From a virus, in IMG/VR virus record IMGVR_UViG_3300037337_000170, positions 32,001-96,000 of that record: a DNA stretch of 64,000 bases; one strand, 5' to 3'. Below, piece after piece: positions 56,648 to 64,000 of this stretch. Each line of letters begins with the position of its first letter. Positions within the stretch are counted from its first letter, which is position 1. Below the pieces are notes generated by a model, which was not told the origin of the DNA, made no database searches, and saw only the letters and a list, made by a program, of their open reading frames with translations. The position numbers and the translations under genes are program-made.

Positions 56648-57874
56648 ATGCAAAGTTTTAAAAGTTGGCTAAATGAGGCGTCAGAGGTAAATTCTCACAT
56701 GACGCATCTCTCGGATTTGCTATTCATTGAAGGTATTGCCGGAACAAAAAAGGCAGTTGATTACCTTCGTGATATGCGAAAGATATTTTCCAAGTCATCA
56801 AGGAATGTGTATAGTGTAAAATGGGATGGCGCGCCGAGCGTAATTCTAGGGATTGATCCAGCAGACGGTGTCTTTTTTGTGGCCAAAAAAGGTATCTTCA
56901 ATAAGAATCCCAAAGTCTATAAGACACAGGCTGACATTGATTCTGAGTTATCGGGCGAACTTAGAGATAAATTTAGTACTCTACTAAAATATGGTGTCGA
57001 ATTAGGTATCACTTCTGGAATCTATCAGGGTGATTTAATGTATACATCTGATGATTTAAAAACTGAAACTATTGATGGCGAGGCAATGGTCAAGTTTCAT
57101 CCAAACACTATTGCATATGCGGTGCCTAAGACCTCGAATTTAGCTAAAAAGATTCTAAAATCTAAACTGGGTATAGTCTTTCACACCACATACACAGGTG
57201 ATAGTTTTGCCAACCTTAAAGCTAACTTTGGCAAAAATATTGTAACAAAGTTCAAAACTACTCCTAATGTATGGGCTATTGACGCCACATTAACTGATGA
57301 CACGGCTGAATTTACTCTGAGCGCTGGTGAATATCTTACGGTTGAGTTGCTATTAAAAGAGATTGGTCAACAGTTTCAGAAGTTAGATTCCAAACTCGTT
57401 AATAATATTTCTACCCACCCAGAATTGTCTAGTTTAGTTTTGATTTATATTAACTCTCTTGTTAGAAAAAATAATAAGTCAATTACCCCAATGCAAATGG
57501 CAACTGGATTCCATGATTTCATTCATGCTAGATATCAAAAAGAAATTGATTCAAAGAAGACGGAAAAAAGTAAATCTGCCCTTGAGACAAAGCGTATTGA
57601 GGCTTTAAAATATTTTGAGGAATATTCTACAGTTAAAATTGCTACTATGTTTGAATTAACCCAATCAATAGAGGCGCTAAAGGATCTGATGCTTGATAAG
57701 ATGAAAGTTATTAACGGTTTGAGTCATTATCTTAAAACCAAGGATGGATATAAGGTAACCAACCCAGAAGGTTTTGTTGCTATTAATGGGGATAAAGCTA
57801 TCAAACTTGTGGATAGATTTACTTTCTCGTTGGCCAACTTTTCACCAGAAATCCAGAAAGGGTGGCAAAAATGA
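56648..57874 (+). CDS. DUF6267-like protein with covalent nucleotidyltransferase (ligase-fold) motifs
   Basis: HMTHLSD, VKWDGAP (motif I), QGDLMY, PNTIAY, PEGFV (motif IV), KLVDR (motif V); late-like GATAAATA at 56616. Confidence 0.7.
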   Translation: MQSFKSWLNEASEVNSHMTHLSDLLFIEGIAGTKKAVDYLRDMRKIFSKSSRNVYSVKWDGAPSVILGIDPADGVFFVAKKGIFNKNPKVYKTQADIDSELSGELRDKFSTLLKYGVELGITSGIYQGDLMYTSDDLKTETIDGEAMVKFHPNTIAYAVPKTSNLAKKILKSKLGIVFHTTYTGDSFANLKANFGKNIVTKFKTTPNVWAIDATLTDDTAEFTLSAGEYLTVELLLKEIGQQFQKLDSKLVNNISTHPELSSLVLIYINSLVRKNNKSITPMQMATGFHDFIHARYQKEIDSKKTEKSKSALETKRIEALKYFEEYSTVKIATMFELTQSIEALKDLMLDKMKVINGLSHYLKTKDGYKVTNPEGFVAINGDKAIKLVDRFTFSLANFSPEIQKGWQK

Positions 57875-58461
57875 TCTCATTTAAGGAATATCTCAATGAA
57901 GCAACATCTAAATGTGTGGTTGCTGCCTTCGGGCGGTTTCAGCCTCCTACTACCGGGCATGGCTTATTAGTTAAAAAAGTAGTTGATACAGGTAAAGCTA
58001 ATAAATGTGACCACGTAATTTATCTTAGTAAAACTGAAGATCCTAAAAAGAATCCTCTTAATATTACGGATAAAGTTAAATGGGCCCGTGAGATGTTTCC
58101 TGGTGCCAATATTACTGGTGCAACTGCAGAGATTCGCACTTTTATTGAAATGATAAAACATTTAAATCAGAAATACAAAGTTCTTTATCTGGTCGCTGGC
58201 AGCGATAGGGTCCCTGAATACCAGGCCCTACTAGACAAATATAATGGTACTGAATTTAAGTATGATAAAATTGAAGTTGTATCCGCGGGCGCGCGCGACC
58301 CGGATGCTGATGGTGCTTCTGGAATGAGCGCCACTAAAATGCGAAATGCAGCTAAGGACAATGATTTAGTTTCATTCAAAAAAGGTCTACCGACACATAT
58401 GAATACACGAGCCCAGGCTATGATGGATAATATTCGTTCTGGTATGAAGATAAAGGATTAA
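57871..58461 (+). CDS. HIGH-family nucleotidyltransferase (cytidylyltransferase-like)
   Basis: FGRFQPPTTGH, KNPL, VAGSDRV, SAGARDPDA, MSATKMR. Confidence 0.88.
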   Translation: MISFKEYLNEATSKCVVAAFGRFQPPTTGHGLLVKKVVDTGKANKCDHVIYLSKTEDPKKNPLNITDKVKWAREMFPGANITGATAEIRTFIEMIKHLNQKYKVLYLVAGSDRVPEYQALLDKYNGTEFKYDKIEVVSAGARDPDADGASGMSATKMRNAAKDNDLVSFKKGLPTHMNTRAQAMMDNIRSGMKIKD

Positions 58462-58463
58462 TC

Positions 58464-59762
58464 ATGGCTGGACTATCCCTTTCAGAATTAAAGAAACGGC
58501 CGGGTAGGCTTCAAACCTTAGTTTCAAAGATGCAGAATAAATCTGCTTTTGGGACAGAAAGTGGGCCGCATGTCTGTAGTTCTATCTCTATTGATGAAAA
58601 GATATTCAAAGTAGATAGCGATAATTCAGCTAAAATTGTTATAGATATTCTTTCGAATAATGCAAAAAAGATTATTATGATACCAGATGATGGATCTATG
58701 GGTATACCAATTTCAAAATTACTTAAGACAACTGAATTTGGTGGATCAGCACCAGCGCCTGGTGGCGGCTCGTCTGGCGCTAAAGGTAATAGAGGAGACA
58801 TGGCAGAAGCTGTTTTTGCAGCAGCTATTACAGCCAGATTTATGACCAAGAATAAGAAAATATTATCTTCCGATGTACATTCTATTCTGAATACATTGAC
58901 CTCTGATAAGATGCAACAATCACATGAGTTCGAAGGCTTCAATGAAAACGGTAAATTCAAGGATGTAGTTATTTTCAAATTGGGACTAGCCCTTTCCAAC
59001 CTAATTGCCATACAAAATAAAAGTATTAGAGAATCTATGGAAGATGTTGTAGAATCTAGTATAAAATTTGCTAATTCCAAAACAGTAGAAAATTGGGCCC
59101 AATTACTGTATAAAAATAATCAAAAAAATATTATACAAGTTATTGCTGATGGTGTAGGCGATCAAACTGGCACAAAGGTAGATGTTCGTGTTTTTGTGGA
59201 TGATAAATCTACAGATGTTAATGTTTCATTAAAGGCTGGTGATGTAAAACAGTTTGGTCAGGTGGGTGGTTCTGGATTTGATAAGCAGGTTTATCTGTGG
59301 GATAAGTTGGCTAAAATAAATGTTAAGACCATCGAGAATGACTATGTTAGATTGCTCTCGGAGAAAAAACCATCTGAGGCAGTCCTATTGGCATACACCT
59401 TAGGCGCAAAAAACTTTAATTCTAAGCCTTCAAAAAAGGCATTAGAGGATTTGTCGATGGGTGTATTATTCTTTGGCACATCATTTGAAGAAAACGTAAC
59501 ACTAGTTCAACTAAATAGAAAAGAATCCAAGGTCTATGAGTTTGGTAAATTAAATTCTGCTCTTTTGGCTACAAATACTAAAATTACGGCAGAAGTAATT
59601 AACACCAAGGCTCAACCCGAAGTGCAATTCAGGGATAATTTCGGTGGGATTTTACTTACTGTTCGCTGTAAAACAGAGACTAAACCTAATGGTGAGGCAT
59701 ACATGAGAAATTATGTCGAAAAAGGTAATCTCATGGCCAAATTAGTGTCCTACTACTCATAA
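58464..59762 (+). CDS. putative PD-(D/E)xK-type nuclease
   Basis: NRGDMAE...KVDV...VSLK pattern typical of restriction-endonuclease-like folds. Confidence 0.5.
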   Translation: MAGLSLSELKKRPGRLQTLVSKMQNKSAFGTESGPHVCSSISIDEKIFKVDSDNSAKIVIDILSNNAKKIIMIPDDGSMGIPISKLLKTTEFGGSAPAPGGGSSGAKGNRGDMAEAVFAAAITARFMTKNKKILSSDVHSILNTLTSDKMQQSHEFEGFNENGKFKDVVIFKLGLALSNLIAIQNKSIRESMEDVVESSIKFANSKTVENWAQLLYKNNQKNIIQVIADGVGDQTGTKVDVRVFVDDKSTDVNVSLKAGDVKQFGQVGGSGFDKQVYLWDKLAKINVKTIENDYVRLLSEKKPSEAVLLAYTLGAKNFNSKPSKKALEDLSMGVLFFGTSFEENVTLVQLNRKESKVYEFGKLNSALLATNTKITAEVINTKAQPEVQFRDNFGGILLTVRCKTETKPNGEAYMRNYVEKGNLMAKLVSYYS

Positions 59763-59768
59763 AATAAT

Positions 59769-61298
59769 ATGTTATCATTTAAAGATCTTACAGATAGAAA
59801 AACATTGCCGCTACGTGAGCAATTCATTCGTGGGGATGTATTGAATATTGGTCAACTAGTGGAGGATCATAATGGAAAATATCAAATTCTTGATCGGGGT
59901 ACAAACTATCTTATATGTGCTAATGATTCCGGCCGCATAGTAAAAAAGTTTCTACTAGAGGTAAAATCTATTTCTGAGATCGCACCGATAGATACACTTC
60001 AATGCTTTAAGGGTTATCAAAGTAATATTAAGGATCCGATTGCAGAAGAATGTTTTATATCCTTAATTGATAAATACAACAGTGGTGATATAGTCGACTC
60101 CATCGCAATTCTAAAAGCCCTCAAGGCTTATAACGAAGACAATGTAGAGTCACTTAAGACAAGTCTAACACGTCTTAATGAACTGGATAATTACCTTAAT
60201 CTAAAGGAAGCTATGTCTGATAATATTAAAAGTAATGATAAACTAAAGGTAGCTTCAGTTATCGCCGATACATTGGGAGTTGAGTCTAGTGGTTCTAGCC
60301 CTGAGATGATGGTCAACAATGCCCTCAGGAATGCCCGCAAGAACTCAATGATGCTTCGCGGTGAGAGTATTAAAATTATTATGCGGATGCTTGAACTGGC
60401 AAAGTCGGTTGGTATTAAGTATGACGAGAAAATTATCAAGGTTGTTGAGGAATCCGAGGAATCTTTGGATGAACTCTCAACCGAAAAACTCGCGGCCTAC
60501 AAAAGGAAGGCATCCTTGGCCGCCTCCGAAGCGGACAAAAAAGGTGACTTCAAAACCGGCAACAAACGCTTTTCTGGTATCATGAAGGCCACCCGCAAGC
60601 AGTTTGACAATGACCTAAAAGAAGGCAGTGACATGCGGATGCTTGAACTGGCAAAGTCGGTTGGTATTAAGTATGACGAGAAACTTATTAAGCTCCCGGA
60701 AGTTAATGAGGAAATCAAGGGTTGGAAAAATGCTGGTTCTGACATTGCAAGGATGCGTAAGGCCCGGGGCGATGAAGCTAAAACAGTACATTTACATAGA
60801 TTGAAAAAAGACGGTTCTGAGTCTGGTATGCATGACGCACGAAAATCATTTTCCTCCCAAGAAGATGCTCAGAGGCATCATGATAATAGTCGTAAGTTGA
60901 ATCCCAAAAGCGATATCCGGCACAATCTTTATATTGATGGTAAGCAGGTTAGTACGCTTAAAGAATCCAAAGTCATTGTTACCAACGAGACCGGTAAAAA
61001 AATGAATGGCAAGGTCCAAGCGGTTCATGGTCCGGTGCAGCAGATTAAATATAGAAATGGTAAAACAGGTTATTATCATCAACACAATGTCTCCAAATTA
61101 GAAGAGGAAGACTGTCAAGATGAACCAACCAAAAGAACATATTCCGAACTAATGTCGGCTATCAAACATTCGGCTGGAACTGGTGAAGCAACGGTTGATG
61201 ATAGTGAACTTCCTGCTCGACTAAAAAATGGTCACACTATGTCACCTACTAGTGAAACCAACCGTAAACAATTAATTAAACATCTTTTAGATCATTAA
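59769..61298 (+). CDS. modular internal-head-type protein
   Basis: LREQFIRG...DRGTNYLIC N-terminal domain; multiple (L/V)xE junctions; LDELS module. Confidence 0.65.
   Translation: MLSFKDLTDRKTLPLREQFIRGDVLNIGQLVEDHNGKYQILDRGTNYLICANDSGRIVKKFLLEVKSISEIAPIDTLQCFKGYQSNIKDPIAEECFISLIDKYNSGDIVDSIAILKALKAYNEDNVESLKTSLTRLNELDNYLNLKEAMSDNIKSNDKLKVASVIADTLGVESSGSSPEMMVNNALRNARKNSMMLRGESIKIIMRMLELAKSVGIKYDEKIIKVVEESEESLDELSTEKLAAYKRKASLAASEADKKGDFKTGNKRFSGIMKATRKQFDNDLKEGSDMRMLELAKSVGIKYDEKLIKLPEVNEEIKGWKNAGSDIARMRKARGDEAKTVHLHRLKKDGSESGMHDARKSFSSQEDAQRHHDNSRKLNPKSDIRHNLYIDGKQVSTLKESKVIVTNETGKKMNGKVQAVHGPVQQIKYRNGKTGYYHQHNVSKLEEEDCQDEPTKRTYSELMSAIKHSAGTGEATVDDSELPARLKNGHTMSPTSETNRKQLIKHLLDH
60381..60683 (+). 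repeat. 51-bp perfect direct repeat (60381-60431 / 60633-60683)
   Basis: ATGCGGATGCTTGAACTGGCAAAGTCGGTTGGTATTAAGTATGACGAGAAA occurs twice. Confidence 0.9.
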
Positions 61299-61306
61299 GG
61301 AACAAC

Positions 61307-63313
61307 GTGAGTAAAGTAACAAATCTATTGGCCGACTTTCGCACCAATATTAAAAATATAGAGGGCTCCGCGGATTTAAAAGAAGCTAAAAAAACTATTG
61401 AAAAGCGATATAAGGATCTTGGTACTTGGGAAAAGCAGCTTAAGGAAATACATGGGCAAGATGTTAGTATTAAAGACCACCCAACTTATGCACTATCATA
61501 TATCGCTCGCAGCAATGGAAACTATGCAGGTTATTTTAAGATGATTAGCAAAATTGGTGAAATTGTTAAGCCAATGAAGGAATCCGATGAGTATCAATTC
61601 GAGTCAAAGAAACAATGGGCCGCGGCTATTATTAACGAGCATGGCCCACATGTTGAGTTCGTATATTCTGGTGGTTCTTATACTGCCAATAGCGGTTCAA
61701 AGTCAGTAGGCTCATTCAAGTATGATACTGGTGTAAATCAACTCAGTGGAACGGGTCATATTTCTGAATCAGTTCAACTAGACGAAGCTATTCGCTCCAA
61801 GGACTTCCCTCGCGCTACTGCATTAATCAAGAAGTACTTCACTGGTAAATTAGGTAAGGTATATTTCTTTCCAATGCCAGAGGTGTTTACTCCTAGCGGC
61901 GGTTCAAAAGGTGTGGGTATTAAATTCTTCGTAAATGGTAATCAGGCAGTTCGTATGAATTGGGCTGGCACCAATCTAGGTATCTCTAAAGGTTTGGTAT
62001 CAGTGGATTTTTGGGACGGTTCTAAGTCACCACAACCAACACCAAGCCATCATGTCAAATTTGAGTCGGGTAACGAATCCTTAATTAAGGTATTACCATT
62101 TGTCGTAGATTTTGTGCAGGGTAAAATTGATAAAACTGGTTCTAGCATCTTTGTCAATGAGGAAGTTAGTGCATACGATCTAACTATGGTAACTGATTTT
62201 ACTCAGCTTCATACTATCAATGAGGCTAATTATAGTTCTGGTGAACTACACAAGACTGTGTCAAATATTATAAATGCTTTGAGTCAGGGCATTTCGATTT
62301 CGGATATGACTAAAATGGGAGGGACAAAAAAATATGGCCCTCGGTTCCCAAAGGCTATTGAGGCTATCAAACGCAATCATGGCAATCTATTCACCAAACA
62401 GGGTCTTAAGCATATTATTGAGCCTAGTCAAGTAAAAAAGATTGACACCGCCGCAGTACTCGCCTATATTTCTGGTGGTGATGATGCCATTGCATTCACT
62501 GCCAGCGCTGGTTCAAAAGAAATGGTTGAAGTCGACGGTGCTTCTGAGCAAGATATTGAACGCATGACTTATGAGGAAAGTTTAGAAGCACTTCAATCCG
62601 GAGTTAAACTGTTGATGGCAAATGCGACCAATGGCTTATTCTTGGCTGGAAGAGGGGGAGTTGGAAAGACAGCAAATGTTGAAGATGTATTGGCTGCTGC
62701 TGGTAAATCAGATGGTCAGGGTTATTATAAGGTCGCGGGTTCTGCTTCACCCGCTGGTATGTATCGTATTTTGTTCGAACATAAGGATGAAATTATACTT
62801 TTTGATGACGCGGATAGTGCATTGGGTGACGTGGAAGGGCGTAATTTAATTAAAGCAGCAGCCGATACTTCTAAGAAACGTAAAATTTCTTGGTTAAAAG
62901 GTGGTGGCGCCTATGTTGACCCAGATGAATACGATCCAGACGCAGATGATGGTAAATTACCACGATCATTTATCTTTACTGGTAAAATTATCTTTATTAG
63001 TAACCTAGCCATTAACAAATTAGATCCCGATGGTAGTTTAAGGACCCGAGCATACTTGATTAATATAGATCCATCAAATATGGAGATGTATGAATTTATG
63101 ACAAAAATAGCAGGCAAGATCAAATTAGATGTTGATTATCCTCTATCATTATCTGATCGGCTTGAGGTAGTAGAACTTTTGAAAAGTAGAAAGGTTGCCG
63201 ATAAGACCGTTAACTTACGTCAATTAGTTCGTGGTCTAAATACCCGTGCTGGTATAGCCAGTCAAGGTGGCACCACGGCGGAGTGGACTCGTTTTGTTAA
63301 GATGTTCGCATAA
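61307..63313 (+). CDS. large protein with C-terminal AAA+-type ATPase
   Basis: GRGGVGKT (Walker A), ILFDDAD (Walker B), IIFISN (sensor 1), LRTR (Arg finger); AAGGAA SD. Confidence 0.82.
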   Translation: MSKVTNLLADFRTNIKNIEGSADLKEAKKTIEKRYKDLGTWEKQLKEIHGQDVSIKDHPTYALSYIARSNGNYAGYFKMISKIGEIVKPMKESDEYQFESKKQWAAAIINEHGPHVEFVYSGGSYTANSGSKSVGSFKYDTGVNQLSGTGHISESVQLDEAIRSKDFPRATALIKKYFTGKLGKVYFFPMPEVFTPSGGSKGVGIKFFVNGNQAVRMNWAGTNLGISKGLVSVDFWDGSKSPQPTPSHHVKFESGNESLIKVLPFVVDFVQGKIDKTGSSIFVNEEVSAYDLTMVTDFTQLHTINEANYSSGELHKTVSNIINALSQGISISDMTKMGGTKKYGPRFPKAIEAIKRNHGNLFTKQGLKHIIEPSQVKKIDTAAVLAYISGGDDAIAFTASAGSKEMVEVDGASEQDIERMTYEESLEALQSGVKLLMANATNGLFLAGRGGVGKTANVEDVLAAAGKSDGQGYYKVAGSASPAGMYRILFEHKDEIILFDDADSALGDVEGRNLIKAAADTSKKRKISWLKGGGAYVDPDEYDPDADDGKLPRSFIFTGKIIFISNLAINKLDPDGSLRTRAYLINIDPSNMEMYEFMTKIAGKIKLDVDYPLSLSDRLEVVELLKSRKVADKTVNLRQLVRGLNTRAGIASQGGTTAEWTRFVKMFA

Positions 63314-63321
63314 TTAATAAC

Positions 63322-63363
63322 AACTAAAATACAGTCTACCCGAAAATAGACTGTATTTTAGTT
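63322..63363. repeat. 17-bp perfect inverted repeat (8-nt loop) abutting a late promoter
   Basis: AACTAAAATACAGTCTA-CCCGAAAA-TAGACTGTATTTTAGTT. Confidence 0.8.
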
Positions 63364-63371
63364 TATAAATA
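63364..63371 (+). promoter_or_regulatory. T4 late promoter
   Basis: TATAAATA. Confidence 0.7.
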
Positions 63372-63375
63372 CCCT

Positions 63376-63726
63376 ATGGACTATCTCAAATATTTTATAG
63401 ATAATATAGATACTGTAATATTAATTACTGGTGTTCTACTAGTTCTTATTACATTAGTAGTATGGCACAAGGGAGAATCTCGTTTCGATCTTAAAGAAAT
63501 TATTATTGACACAGAAAAGCAGCATGTGTCACTTTATAAACTTGGTCAGGTATTGGCCTTGTTAATTTCCACCTGGGTTTTAGTAAATGAGACACGAGCT
63601 GGCAGACTGAATGAGTTTTTATTCACCACATATATGCTTTCGTGGGCTGGGGCAAATAGTCTCAATAGATTCATTGATAGTAGAAATAGGAATTCATCAG
63701 TCAATGTTAAGAATTCTGATAATTAA
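63376..63726 (+). CDS. membrane protein (possible holin)
   Basis: Two to three hydrophobic segments and a basic/polar C-terminus. Confidence 0.55.
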   Translation: MDYLKYFIDNIDTVILITGVLLVLITLVVWHKGESRFDLKEIIIDTEKQHVSLYKLGQVLALLISTWVLVNETRAGRLNEFLFTTYMLSWAGANSLNRFIDSRNRNSSVNVKNSDN

Positions 63727-63756
63727 AATATAGAAAAATAACAAAGGTTACTAGAC

Positions 63757-64000
63757 ATGTTATTAAATTTTTATGCTAAAAGTTTAAATCTTTACATGGA
63801 GCAGGGTGGGTCCTACTTTAAAGAGTTTAACTTGTTAGATGATGGTACTTCTGTTGATCTTACAGGCTATGCCCTTTCTATGCAAATAAAAGAATATTCG
63901 GGAGTAAAGCCATTAGTCATAGTATCAGATGTATACATATTGGCTAATATACCAAGTACAGTTGTCATTTCTATAGAGTCAGCAGAAACAGATTTATTAG
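63757..64000 (+). CDS. structural Ig-like protein, 5' part (runs off the window)
   Basis: LNLYMEQGGSY...VDLTGYALSMQIK; frame open to the end of the window. Confidence 0.6.
   Translation, partial: MLLNFYAKSLNLYMEQGGSYFKEFNLLDDGTSVDLTGYALSMQIKEYSGVKPLVIVSDVYILANIPSTVVISIESAETDLL

Noticed and set aside
1-64000. Stop-codon reassignment, tRNA or rRNA genes
   Set aside because: Core genes are full length in the standard code, and no cloverleaf or rRNA-like sequence was seen in the short intergenic gaps.

Overview
The window is a 64-kb piece of a T4-like (Tevenvirinae/Kyanoviridae-type) myophage genome. It is AT-rich overall, with GC-rich patches in the fibre region. Gene order: end of a replication/transcription block (RNA ligase 3' end, gp33, gp59, gp32); a minus-strand block (putative tape measure, gp51, gp26, a displaced gp16, gp54, gp2, gp4); baseplate genes (gp48, 53, 27-like, 5, 25, 6, 7, 8, a split VrlC/DUF4815-like pair); four mosaic fibre/Gly-rich adhesin/partner cassettes; neck, terminase, tail and head genes (gp13-15, 17, 18-23); a Hef-like homing endonuclease; an Acb1-like 2H phosphoesterase; gp3, uvsY, uvsW; and a late cluster of putative head-packaged enzymes. 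T4 late promoters (TATAAATA) precede most operons. Most notable: (1) a fractured terminase with an atypically split intein in the Walker A motif and a free-standing GIY-YIG-like gene between the halves; (2) a U8 slippery site that would fuse gp26 to gp51 by -1 frameshift just upstream of the putative tape measure; (3) a 94-bp non-coding element present twice, carrying an unusual GTTTATTT-N20/21-TATAAT promoter pointing antisense into late genes, at positions reminiscent of T4 R-loop origins; (4) several enzymes sharing an N-terminal capsid-targeting-like leader; (5) a pseudoknot in the gene 32 leader. All family assignments come from motif recognition and synteny; no database search was run.
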